A DNA stretch of 64,000 nt from Octopus sinensis (GCF_006345805.1 NC_042997.1:24366001-24430000), one strand, 5' to 3'. Shown: positions 25,819-38,629, numbered from the stretch's first letter. Notes: generated by a model from the letters alone, not told the origin. Numbers and translations: made by a program.

Positions 25819-25880
25819 GTATATATATATATAGAGAGAGAGAGAGATGCTATGTATACTAAGATAAAGAACGAGATCGG
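25140..25880. repeat. Direct duplication of a ~195-bp microsatellite-rich segment (offset 546 bp) flanking a fold-back-family fragment (25490-25678)
   Basis: CACATGTATGCATGAATATATTTATGTGTCTGTATACATATGTGTGTTTGCG at 25191 and 25737; ATGCTATGTATACTAAGATAAAGAACGAGAT at 25301 and 25847. Confidence 0.85.
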
Positions 25881-25903
25881 TATATATATATATATATACA
25901 CAC

Positions 25904-25956
<53 letters not shown>

Positions 25957-26522
25957 GTATATAGAGAGAGAGAGAGAGAGAGAGAGATACAACAGACAGG
26001 GAAAGAGAACGCGGGAGGGGGCTGATAGCGCTGAAAATAGAATAAGCGAGCGGAGGAAATAAATGACAAAAGAGCAAGTGAAAGGAAAGTAGTGAGAATA
26101 TATACTATAATAACAGGCACGAATTTTGGTTACATATTCTTCATTTACAAAGCGACAGAAAGAAAGAAACGGAGAAAGTGTTTCTGAGAGAGAAGGAGAG
26201 GACAACAGAAAGAGAAACGGATTGAAAGTTAGGGTGGGTTGGTGAAAAATATGGAAATGTTAAGAAGAGAGAGACTGAAAATAAGAGGAAAAAAAAAATA
26301 AACAAAAAACAAAACAGAAAGCGAATATAAAAGAGCATCAGTTTTTCGGTCTTGTGTTTTATATAATTTTTCCATCTTCGTTCTAGATCGAGAAAAAATG
26401 ATTTTCGGCCGGATGCGTTTCTGACGCCAGTCGCCAACGGAGAACTCCAGGACGGAAGGAGAAAATAAATAATTAGAATAGTAACTGTTATAAAGCATTA
26501 TCAGATTTATATTATAATAATA

Positions 26523-26567
<45 letters not shown>

Positions 26568-26610
26568 TCTATATTATATATATATCTATATATAATATAA
26601 TATATATATC

Positions 26611-26643
<33 letters not shown>

Positions 26644-26703
26644 CATACATACATACGTATATTATATAATATATATATATATACATAGATGATATATATA
26701 TAC

Positions 26704-26734
<31 letters not shown>

Positions 26735-26797
26735 CATAATACATATATATATATCCATATATATACATATATATATACATATATATATATACAATAT

Positions 26798-26851
<54 letters not shown>

Positions 26852-26928
26852 GTATATATTATTATATGTATATATATATATATATATATTATGTATATAT
26901 ATGTATATATATATCGTATGTATGTATG

Positions 26929-26963
<35 letters not shown>

Positions 26964-27929
26964 GTATATATATAGTATGTATGTATGTATGTATGTATGT
27001 ATGTATGTATTTGTGTGTGTGTGTGTGTACGAGTGTATGTCTATATGTATATGTGAGCATATGAATATATAAATATGTACTTTAATGAATATGAATACAA
27101 AGTACATTGTGACACCTCATGGGTATCAATACATGCAAATACCGAGATAGAAACGTAGAAACATGCATAACAACGCCCAGGAAGAGAAACACACTTTTAT
27201 ATACATAAGCTCATAAACTCTCTACCTCTTCTGTCTTACGTAGTACATGTAAATAATTTATATATGTTTTGTATTAGAAAAAAACTTCAACCATTTGAGC
27301 TATAGAATAAATGCACACACACACACAAAAACACATACATAAATACATCTATATTCATGCGCATACAAATACACACGCACACATCACATAGATAGGACTG
27401 TAAATAATAAATGCTACATGCAACAGCATAAAAACCAAAAACGTAGAAATGTAAATGTAACAAGGTATCTATGAATTAGTTATGGTACTGATATTAAAAG
27501 AGATTCTGCAGTTTCCAAAAAATCACTATCTTAATATTTTGCTTCAAACATTTCAAAATGGCCCAGTTTTTCTTTTCAGTTTTTGCTCCTTTTCTTTTAT
27601 TTGACAGTTTATATATCTATTCGTATATCTAACTACATTCCTGTTTATCTAGGAATTCTAGAACTCTAGTTTCAGAATTCTAACATGGATAGTTCATGTT
27701 GCTGCGTCGCTTTGGAGTAAAGGTTAGAGCCACTATAAGGTTTACAGCATGCATGGGGTTACATCAACTTTTCTTCGTGTTACATACATACGTACACACA
27801 TACATACATGTTAGCAAAATACGCATCACTTGAAGAGACACAAAACTTTATCTCCACACTTGAAGCTCACACATACAGGCAGACATACACACATACACAC
27901 AATGTATTATATATATAATCTATATATAT

Positions 27930-28030
27930 TATATTAAATTAGAGACATAATATTTGACTATAAAATTGGATTCAATCCTAAATTGATTTTCCCTGTAGTT
28001 TGGATTTATAGCTAATATTTATTATCATAT
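27930..28030. repeat. Terminal fragment of the 12620/36050 fold-back family
   Basis: ACTATAAAATTGGATTCAATCCTAAAT..TTTTCCCTGTAGTTTGGATTTAT. Confidence 0.7.
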
Positions 28031-28072
<42 letters not shown>

Positions 28073-28259
28073 CATACACACACAATATCGACTCATATAT
28101 ATGTGTATATATATATATATTATATATAATATATATATGTGTGTGTGTGTGTGTGGGTATGGTAGAGGATGTCAGCAAAAATTTAGATTCAGATGAATAT
28201 GGTACTTAAGGCACCAGAATTTAGTACGGTATTATCCATACAATTTCAAAGTAAGGTGA

Positions 28260-28520
28260 TTAAAATCAAAACAAGCAACAAGTACGATCGTTTTATGCAA
28301 CTCCATGTTCTTTGTCTATCTCCTTAACTTCTTGGAGATTTTAGGTATTATAATACTAACGTGTCCATCTGTTCTAATTTAATCAAATTCTATGTCTTTG
28401 TGCAGCTGAAGATTGCTCTGCATTTTAAAGTGATGTATCTGACTGCATTGTTCAATTAAATGGAGTTGCATGAAACGATAGTACTGCTTTATCTCAGATA
28501 GATATCCGTGTTGCTTATTT

Positions 28521-28525
<5 letters not shown>
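28260..28525 (+). mobile_element. Short fold-back element containing a type I hammerhead (28402-28487)
   Basis: GCAG-CTGAAGA-(59-nt imperfect stem II)-GAAA-C-GATA-GTA-CTGC; arm 28281-28306 is the reverse complement of 28460-28485 and 28262-28278 of ~28509-28525. Confidence 0.65.
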
Positions 28526-28561
<36 letters not shown>

Positions 28562-29747
28562 TATATATATATATATATATACATATGCAAATTAAAGTAA
28601 GCGTTTATGTCATTTCGGCTCATTGCGTATAGTGGATATAAATCAAGCATTTTAGACTATATCCCATCCTACGAGATATTTTTTTTATTTAAATGCCGTC
28701 TTCTTCCGCATATTATTATAATTCCTTCCTCATATTAATGAGCTACCTATTAAATTCGATATGTTGAACCTGATGTTATGAATGACACGTACTACTATAA
28801 CATTTCAAAAGACAAGACGCCGCTCGTAGACTGCTTCCACAAACGTTACGACCCACAGATTCACAGACTTTCATTCTATGACTGATATTTTCTTGTTATT
28901 TATCTAGTAATATATCCCTAATTCATATCAAAACACTTTGTTGCTTATCATACTTAACAGCATAGATATTTTCATTTTCAGTTTTGTTTTCTTTTATTTT
29001 TTGTTTCTTTTCTTTTTTAAGGTAAACTAGTACCAATGTTTAATATAAACATATTAAACCCTTTTGATATATTTTTATACACGCATATATAATATATTTT
29101 CTTTAATCGCTGGCACCACTTCGAAGTTTACTGAGATTGCCTCAAACGCTGGCCTTAATAATGATCCGTGAATTTGGCGCTGACATTTAGAGTATGCTAA
29201 GTCATAGGTTATTCTGAGAGTAGTGTATTATGATGGAAGAAAAGTTTAGAATAATTTTCTTGCTGACGCTATAGACGTAAAACCATTTCTGTTATGGCAC
29301 AACTGCACAGCCCATTCCACGTACACTTATATAAACGCTTCCCGTTGAGGAATATTGCTTTTGTATACAACAACTGGCCGAGAAAATAACATATATTTTG
29401 AATACCGTATTTTCATCTATGCATAACAACAGCTAAGATATATCACTGAAAAGTTTTCGAACCAAGTTTGGACTAAGGCGTTCACTCTTACTGGCAACTT
29501 GTTGGGTCACTGGCAATAGGAGGTATATTAATGATTCTAGGTTAACTATTAAACTGGGAAATGTCTTTCGAACAACTCAGTGAAACATTTACTAAATGAC
29601 ATTTTTGTCGTTTATTTAAGCAGATATGCATACACACGCATTTACGTACACATATTACATAGATATTTATGTCGTATTATATAAAAGAGAGACACATTAA
29701 CACAAGTGCTTCACTACAGGACTAAGAACGAAGTAAAAATCATGAGC

Positions 29748-29824
<77 letters not shown>

Positions 29825-29950
29825 TTATCTACCCATTTCTCTCTCTCTCACTCTCTCTCTCTCTATATATATATAAATATATATATGGCGGTGCCCCAGC
29901 ATGGCCACAGCTCATGAGCTGAAACTGGAAAAATCAAAATCAAAATCAAA

Positions 29951-29985
<35 letters not shown>

Positions 29986-29990
<5 letters not shown>

Positions 29991-30172
29991 TCGCTATGAT
30001 AGATCGTTAGCCACTACACACATTTTTTCTCTCCTTGTTCTGTGTCCCTTTCTGTAGAAGAGCGTAAGCTCGAAACATAAAAGACTTTTTCTATTCCTTA
30101 GCGTTATACTAATACATCTGTTTATTTTGTACACCACCTATCTTTGTCTTTTGTTTTTTTGTAAACTCTCCC
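29986..30172 (+). mobile_element. Dispersed pseudo-LTR-like repeat with degenerate hammerhead-like motif (second copy 35480-35738)
   Basis: CTTT-CTGTAGA-A-GAGC-GTAA-GCTC-GAAAC-ATA-AAAG (30048-30083); CTGTGGA-A-GAGC-GTAG-GCTC-GAAAC-ATT-AAAG (35617-35648). Confidence 0.6.
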
Positions 30173-30199
30173 CATATATATATATAAGAACATAACCTA

Positions 30200-30900
30200 T
30201 CAAAAAATGAAAACCATATTACGGGCAGAAGATAACAGTTTGCTGAAAGTAGTCGCTGTCAACTTCCACCGCAGCCTCAAGACGGCTCTGGAACCCAGCA
30301 CTCGGGTTCCTCACTGTGTTCCTGTGAAGTTCTTCGAACACCTACTTGATCCTACCCACCATCTCAGCCTTGTTGTTGCAAATAGAGCGGTGGGTGTCTT
30401 TCACAATCGGGCCACTTATAGAAATCCATAGGATTACGATCGGGGGTAATTAGGAGACCAGAAATTTGTGCTAGTGAAGTCGTAGAAATTCTCGGATATC
30501 CACTTTTGAATTTTTCCGGAGCCTTGGTTTGGATCTGAATCCTACAGTCACGATCCTGGCATTCCAGCAGCAACGCTCAACATCCAGGAATTGATTAGAT
30601 TCTACAGCAATTTCATATAAACGTCTGAAATGACTCTAAAGCCCTGGATCAAAGATGTGGCGACAAATGCTGGCATGCCGACGCAGTCAGAACGCCTGCT
30701 GTGTCTCATTCTGGTTGCCACGGCTTTACAGTCTCCCTTGCAGACGCGCATGATATATCTTACAGCTTTACAGTGTTCACAGAACATTGAGAAACAGTCA
30801 AGATATCAGCTTTTTGATACCCGATATTCAGATGGCATCCAGTCTTCCATGTCCGCTAACTTTTTCTCGAGTGCAACTTTAAATCTGTATATACTTCAGG
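30200..30900 (-). pseudogene. Decayed Tc1/mariner transposase, DD37D (maT)-like C-terminal half
   Basis: Minus strand: ISDVYMKLL; *L*DSDPNQGSGKIQKWISENFYDFTSTNFWSPN; PDRNPMDFY; PIVKDTHRSICNNKAEMVGRIK*VFEELHRNTVRN..FQSRLEAAVEVDSDYFQ. The two Asp codons (30541, 30426) are 115 nt apart = 38 codons + 1 frameshift. Confidence 0.75.
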
Positions 30901-32333
30901 GCCATTGAATGTTCACCAATACAATAAATTGTTCCTGGAAAAATGAGACATAAGGAATCGTCAAATTTAGCACAAACACCCTATATATATGTATATATAT
31001 TCATATAATAACATCTAAAGTTTGTACTGCGGGACAAGTAGCGACTATTAAGAACACTGTGCATTTCTGTTCTTATTATCATATCCTTAACGTTTGATAG
31101 ACATCCAGAATTTCGTTTTTTCTTTCTACGGAGTATTTGCAGAAATTAACACAAAATGTGAGAGATAGTTTATATGATATTCAGTTATACCATTTATGTA
31201 ATTTGCAATAACAAAGCGTGATTATCTAGTAGGCTATTTAAATATCATAACCATGACTTAATGTCAAATCTAGCCTTTCTATTTGTAACATTATTATATG
31301 TAATATTACTAAGTTGTAGAGATGAGTTTTTAAAACACACATTATACTATATTGCGCTAAAAACTAAAGTGTGTTCCTTGCTTCATATTTGATCTCGTTT
31401 CGTGCACTCAATACAAAATGAACCTGATAAGTTCAGACTTATTGTTACTGAAACATATATGTATATGCATAACATATATGTCTTTGAATAAATTTCTATT
31501 ACATGTATGTACAAATGTTGGTATATACATACACAATCATAAAATATGTATTTATATATTTATATATCTTACTATTGAAATTTATGCAAAGATCAGAAAC
31601 AGGTACCATAGCAAAGTTTTATATATGGTCTAAGAACTGAATCACATTGTATTTCATGTAGTAACATCTCTTCCACCAAATTACTTAAAAGCTGTATGGT
31701 TGATAGGTCGCTATCAACACATTAAAGAATGATCTCCAGATGAAAATACATCGCAGCAGGATGTACAGTGGAGCGTATCAAACAAGCGTATCCATTTCAG
31801 AATTCTTCATTCAAGAAAACCAACGCTCAGTTATATAGATAACTTAAGTGGTAGTCCAGGATGGTCAATCCCCAATGAACAGAACTGATGAGGCTCTTAA
31901 CGAAATAAAACTCAATGTTCTGTGCTAGAATGTACGAAACGATTATTTTGATCACGTGAGCTCTATATGCATTGCCTACGTTCCGATAACAAATTAAACA
32001 TATTTTGATATCGCAGTTCCCAAACATATATGTGGTGTGAATGCATGCGCACATCTACATACTAATATGAATGCACACTTGAAGTGAGTGAGAAGTACAC
32101 TTGATAATCATAATGTTTTAGGCGCGATGTCCCAGCGTGGCATCTCGGGTAACTAAGTCGTAACATAGCGCCAGGTTGCCTCAAGCCTTGTGACTAAGAC
32201 TGGGCAGAAGGAAATTCGTACAAGCCATATAGAGACGTTATACATGTAATATGCTCATATATACATATATCCATACATACATGCATACGTGCATAAATAT
32301 ATATGTATATAATACATGAGTGTGTGTGTGTGT

Positions 32334-32385
<52 letters not shown>

Positions 32386-33224
32386 ATGTGTTTGTGAATA
32401 TCACTATTTTGTTAAGCTTAACAATACTAATAACCTGGTGCTAGAAAACATTATACATATGCTGCTTTTATATAAACACATATAAACAAGTGCACACATA
32501 CATACATGCATATATATATATATATATATACATATATGTATACACAAATATACAAATATACATACATATACCAATATTTGTGACGTTATATACACATCTG
32601 TATAATATTTGTATTATATATACATATACACATACATATGTGTACTCCCACACTCACATATATGTGTGTGCGCGAGCACGCCTGTTTGTGTATATATAGT
32701 ATGTGTGTAGGTGTAAAGAACAATTTGTTTTCATATTCAACACCATGATTTATTGATGATTAATATCTGTGACGATTATGGCTGTTTTACCATGATCGAA
32801 TATAAATCGATATTCTGCTGCAACCTTTAGCTCTATAAAGGAACAGATATTCATGCAGTGTTGTTAAATGTGTGAATCATAATGATGAGTGAACGGTCTA
32901 TTCTCCGAACAAGCTTGAGGGGAAATTATAAAGAGATAGAACGAAGGACGAAGTAGGGATTGTTGAATCGATGTTATATTTCCCAGGTTGTACGAGAAAA
33001 ATTCACTGTTGCAGAAAGATAAGATTCTTATACAATCAGCGCTATTTAAGATGATACTTTCGTTGTACTCGAATACTTCGCTCGGAACCCACAACTGAAA
33101 TAAATGACTATGACATGGATTATTTGTACGGATATAATGTGCGAATACAAGGTCGATCAGGGTGTCATCGATAAAATTATTCTGACCCGTAATTTGCACA
33201 AGAAGAAAAAAAATAAAAGAAATA

Positions 33225-33298
<74 letters not shown>

Positions 33299-33350
33299 GA
33301 TATATTATATATAGATATATATATATATAGATATATATATATTACTATAT

Positions 33351-33406
<56 letters not shown>

Positions 33407-33673
33407 CACATAAACATTTTTAGAAGGGTCCACTCTGCTTAGATGAATAAAATAATGCGTTATTGTTGTTTTGTCGTCTGTGCGCTATCACGTGTTTCAG
33501 ACAGATTTCGTCTCTCTGCTGTATTCATTTACGGTTTTTTTTTAAAAGTTATCTTAGCAATGCATGAACTCGCATTTAACTAATTCTCTACGCGTAAAAA
33601 TGGAAAGGCTTTGGTTCATAATCTGAAGAAACAGCGTGTGTATGTGTAAGTGTATTTGAACTGATACACACAT

Positions 33674-33715
<42 letters not shown>

Positions 33716-33972
33716 GGAGGGATGCATGTATGATTAAATATATGAATAGAAAAAAACAGGAAAAGGAACACGATGGGATAAATTGGTGATAAAAATGGAT
33801 TTTACGTTTAGAGAAATGGAAAGAGATATCGACGACGCTTCGGATAGTATTTTTCTTCGAAATATGGATTCTTTGTATTCTCCTTCTGTGAGCAGGCCAT
33901 GAATTACAATAGACAAAAAATTAATATACATATATATATATAGAGAATTATACATGGATGACCGCACATATG

Positions 33973-34034
<62 letters not shown>

Positions 34035-34035
<1 letters not shown>

Positions 34036-34250
34036 GAATGGAGTCGACCGACGATTTAACAAAATTCCTTTATTCTCGACGTATGTTTCGAAGACTGCAT
34101 ATTCATAATTCCGAAGGAATAAAGGGTGCATTATACCGCCTTCTTATCAGGAAAGACAAGGAACTTATGTCAGCATCATAACGAACAAAACTACCCGGGT
34201 ATCGGCTAACCGAATTATCCATACTAGGATAATTCATTTCAACTACTTAT
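34035..34250 (-). mobile_element. Short element with type I hammerhead (34074-34155, G8->A)
   Basis: TTTC-CTGATAA-GAAGGC...GTCTTC-GAAA-C-ATAC-GTC-GAGA; same family as 38308-38635; flanked by microsatellites. Confidence 0.65.
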
Positions 34251-34286
34251 ATATATATATATATAGATATATATATATATATATAT

Positions 34287-34321
<35 letters not shown>

Positions 34322-34550
34322 TATATATTACATATATATATATAAATATAATTAATTAATGATAATATACGTATGTATATAATTAGATTAAGGGAGCAAG
34401 GGCGCAAACGACGTATCTCCAGCATGCTTGAAGTGCCGATATCTTCAAAAAAGTACGGCTGGAAGTGGGCAAAGAACTCACGTAAATTTTGAATTGGTTA
34501 CAATTTCCGGATTGAAGCCATAAACAGGCTTTCTTCAACATATGAATTAA

Positions 34551-34582
<32 letters not shown>

Positions 34583-34590
34583 ATCTATCT

Positions 34591-34623
<33 letters not shown>

Positions 34624-34724
34624 TTATCTCTTTTCCTTCTCTCTCTCTCTAAATATATTATATATATCTATATATATATATATATATATATATATGATTA
34701 TATATATATATATACATAAAAATG

Positions 34725-34925
34725 CTCTTCAGGGACGAATGATCATGAGACGCACCTAGAAAGTGCTCCTTCAGGGCGCAATTGTCGGCAAGGTTGTTCA
34801 TAGAAGACTAGCGTTCGCCACCAATGTTATGGAGGGAAAACGAATAGGACGATACAGCTTGTTACGCAGTGAACTGAACAATGTGAAGTAAAGTGACTTG
34901 AGGAATAACACAACACAGTGCACGA
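34725..34925 (-). mobile_element. Degraded CORE-like SINE body
   Basis: GCACCTAGAAAG, GCAAGGTTG, CGATACAGCTT, GTGAACTGAACAATGTGAAGTAAAGTGACTTG; homologous to 1018-1215. Confidence 0.55.
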
Positions 34926-34984
34926 TCCGAGAATTATATATATATATATATATATATATTTTTTATTTTTTATTATATAGAAGG

Positions 34985-35035
34985 AGCTTCTACAGGACTA
35001 GAACTGTTTCATTCAAAAGAAATCATCAGGAAGCT
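34985..35035 (-). ncRNA. Type I hammerhead ribozyme (left arm of palindrome)
   Basis: Minus strand AGCTTC-CTGATGA-T-TTC-TTTT-GAA-T-GAAA-CAG-TTCTAGTC-CTG-TA^GAAGCT; predicted cut between 34991 and 34990. Confidence 0.75.
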
Positions 35036-35224
35036 AGTAGACAAGAGTTGTTTTGGCATTTATACATTCAGGCAGGTTTAAATGGGTGGTGTGGGGGGAC
35101 TTTTTTGGGGGTAGGCATGGCGCAAACCTGTCATTTTGCGCCATGCCTACCCCCAAAAAAGTCCCCCAACCGCCACCCATTAAACCTGCCTAAATTATAA
35201 ATGCCAAAACAACTCTTGTCTACT

Positions 35225-35275
35225 AGCTTCCTGATGATTTCTTTTGAATGAAACAGTTCTAGTCCTGTAGAAGCT
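35225..35275 (+). ncRNA. Type I hammerhead ribozyme (right arm of palindrome)
   Basis: Stem I AGCTTC/GAAGCT (6 bp), CTGATGA 35231-35237, stem II TTC/GAA with U.U at 10.1-11.1, GAAA 35250-35253, stem III CAG/CTG plus A-U, GUA triplet; predicted cut 35269^35270. Confidence 0.75.
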
Positions 35276-35356
35276 CTTCTAGATAATAAATTAATTTACT
35301 CTGCTATGTATTGAGTACCTTATTTACTGTGGTTAAGCCCGACTCAACCCGGGACC

Positions 35357-35396
<40 letters not shown>

Positions 35397-36014
35397 CACA
35401 CATGCAGACATCAAGGTCATCAGCCCTTTTCCACATGCACATACACACTCTCTTATACACACGCACGCGCATCTTTGTTGTGTGATCACAACTACTTTAT
35501 TATCTCCCCTTCTTCCTAGCGCTGGTGTGTGGCCCTCTGTCCGTCATTCGCCATGATAGATCGCTAGCCACTACACATTCTTTATTTTCTCTCCTTGTTT
35601 CTTTCTGTGTTCCTGTCTGTGGAAGAGCGTAGGCTCGAAACATTAAAGACTTCTTCACTTCCCGAGCGTTACACAAATACATCTGTTTGTTGTCTACACC
35701 ACCTGTCTTCGTCTTTTGAGTTTTTGTGAATTTTCCCTATATAATATATATATAGAAATATATATATATATATATATATATATCTATAGATATATGGTAA
35801 ACCAGATCGAACCACATCAAGTGTAACTGCCCGAAATGGTTGTGACTTCTGGCACTTGACTAATGAAAGAAAGCCAAGAATGACCCGTCTTTCTTGCCTG
35901 TCCTTCTAGTCGTAGTAGTTTCTCTTGTCCACTTGTTTGTATCATCTATCTGACCGAACGTTTAATACCCTATAGCGTTTTGGTTCCACTGTTGTATGTA
36001 TTATATAATATATC

Positions 36015-36045
<31 letters not shown>

Positions 36046-36049
36046 ATAA

Positions 36050-36460
36050 TAAATATTAGGGAATAAATCCAAACTTATAGGGAAAAATCAGATTTAGGAT
36101 TGAATCCAATTTATAGTAAAATATTATATTATATTAAATAGAGACAAAACCACTATTAGGCAAATCAAACAATGAAAATACATAAGATAATTTAATTTAT
36201 ATTATTTAAATATATAACAAAATTATCAAAAAATATAATTAATATCACACTACGATCGTTTCATGCCTGCTAACTTCTTCAAATTTTTGAGTCGCAGTCA
36301 TTCATCAGGTGGTTTAAATATTTATCTTGGCGAGGTTTAAACATTTTAAAAATAATTTTGTTATATATTTAAATAATATAAATTAAATTATCTTATGTAT
36401 TGGCTTAAGTTTTTCATTGTTTGATTTGCCTAATAGTGGTTTTGTCTCCAATTTAATATA

Positions 36461-36462
<2 letters not shown>
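36050..36462. mobile_element. Fold-back mini-element (same arm family as 12620) with minus-strand type I hammerhead (36248-36311)
   Basis: Arms ~36120-36220 / 36352-36462; minus strand CAC-CTGATGA-ATG.CTGC...GCAG.CAT-GAAA-C-GATC-GTA-GTG. Confidence 0.8.
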
Positions 36463-36494
<32 letters not shown>

Positions 36495-37240
36495 GTGTGT
36501 CTGTGTGTGTATATATATATATGTATATATAGATGCATATATATATGTATATATATGTATATTTAAATATATATGTGTGTGTGTGCGCGCGCGTTTATAT
36601 ATATTTATGTATAGATATTATTGACATTTATTCAGCGATAACTTAGCAACAGTGTTGTGTGATGCAACTGTGTATCAGTGCGAATTTGTCAGCGTCAGTG
36701 TATATGCACCTATGTATCTGTCTCCATCTTTTGGTATTTATCTTTTCCATCAATATAACGAGTGTGAGGCGTAACCAGTAAAAAAAAAAAAAAAAAAAAA
36801 ACGAAAACAAAATATCAAAATACGAATTGTGGCAGAAAAAAAGCATCCCGGTGTAAGTATTCTTTGTAGGTGATGTCGCTCCGAACAAGACAGTCAATAT
36901 TTGGGGTATCTTGGGAAAACAGCATCGAAATTCAGTGTTAATTCAACAAGCTGTGCATTGTTTTCTTTGTCACTTCTCGCCAATAAGCAAATATTTGCTG
37001 CATCATGAAAAAAAAATAAATAAAAGTAAAGAAAATAATAAAAAGAAAAAACACAAATACATTTCTTTCACAATTCAACATATGTATCTTTACTTATTTG
37101 CAAATCTCTGATATTTACGCACACGTATCCTCCTGCGCATACACGTATAACAGAATGCAACTCCCTTTACAATATTAAAAACATAACATAACTACACACA
37201 CACATATACATACATATACACATATATTCCTTTATTCTTC

Positions 37241-37440
37241 TACTCTTTTTTTATTTGTTTCAGTCATTTTGACTGCAGCCATGTCGGAGCACCGCCTGAA
37301 ATGGTGTAATTCGAATAAATCGAACCCAGGACTTATTATTTGTAAGCCTAGTTCTTATTCGATTTTGCGGTGTCTTTGGCTAAACCGCTAGGTTATGGGG
37401 ACATCGATTGTACAGCAATGGTGGTGGGGACAAATATAGC

Positions 37441-37482
<42 letters not shown>

Positions 37483-37492
37483 CCAAGATATG

Positions 37493-37528
<36 letters not shown>

Positions 37529-37690
37529 ATATATATATAGCCTCAACTAGTTTCCCTCTACCAAATCCCTCCCGAGGTTTTGGTCTGCTTGAGGCTATAG
37601 TTGAAAACACTCCCCGAAGATACCACGCAGTGGGACGGAACCCGGAACCATGTGATGGGGAAGAAAGCTTCTTACCACACAGCCACACCT
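37241..37690 (-). mobile_element. SINE family C, diverged full-length copy
   Basis: Both halves present around internal (CA)n(TA)n. Confidence 0.8.
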
Positions 37691-37707
37691 ATATTTATAT
37701 ATGCACA

Positions 37708-37746
<39 letters not shown>

Positions 37747-38307
37747 ATGTATATGTATGTACACACACACGAACAATAGTTTACACTCAGATATTTCAAA
37801 GAGACCCCATACACAAGGGTAACCCGAGCAGGATAGCCCCTTTCCTAAGTGCGAACACGCATAACACACAAACTTCATATCAGAAGAAATATGCCTCAAT
37901 TACGAAACACTTCAGCACACAAGTATAAGACCACTATGGCCAGAACAAAAGTGCTATAATGCAAGATAATGCAAACAAATTGATCCCCAAAAACTTGCCC
38001 AGAAGGGAGACAAACTTCCAAGGGAGACAAACTTCCAAAACGATGCTACTCAGATGTAACGCGCTGTGATTCATTGATTTATTGTTTTATTTATGCGAAT
38101 TTACGAGAAACCCTGTGAACGAAGGGAGACTGTTTTCCAAAATAGAGAAGCGAACACCTTTCTCCATGTGATCGGCTTGAAAAATTGTTAAGACACTAGG
38201 ATATTTTCCTACTTTTCTTAACATGAAACCAGTAGTAAATTCACAAATTGAATAGCATATTTTGGGAACTCCTGAATACCAAAACCACTTATATCGTATA
38301 TATATAT

Positions 38308-38629
38308 AAATAAATGAAAGAATGGAGTTGAACGACGATTTAACAAAATTCCTTTATTCTCGACATATGTTTCGAAGGCTGCATATTCCTAATTTCGAAG
38401 GAATAAGGGTTGCATAATGCATATGTCGAGAATAAAGGAATTTTGTTAAATCATCGTTCAACTCCATTCTTTCATTTATTTGTATTAAAAAAACACAAAA
38501 TTTCCACACGAAAGCACGTGATCTCTGCCCTTGCATGTAGCTTCACTTCAACCGTGTTTTTCTGACGTGAATTTGCTACCCAGGTATCGGTTAACCGGAT
38601 TATCCATACTAAGATAAGTCATTCAACTA

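Larger units (their letters stand above)
34972..35289. repeat. ~320-bp near-perfect palindrome (8-nt loop CCTGTCAT at 35127-35134)
   Basis: Arms match as reverse complements over ~155 bp with only scattered mismatches and 1-nt indels. Confidence 0.95.

Noticed and set aside
25985-26480. Possible promoter or regulatory region (purine-rich, several CpGs)
   Set aside because: No specific motif or linked exon to support the call.
31878-31926. Hammerhead-like ACAGAA-CTGATGA-..-GAAA-..-ATG-TTCTGT
   Set aside because: Stem I pairs (6 bp), but stems II and III barely pair and position 17 is G; may be a relic or chance.
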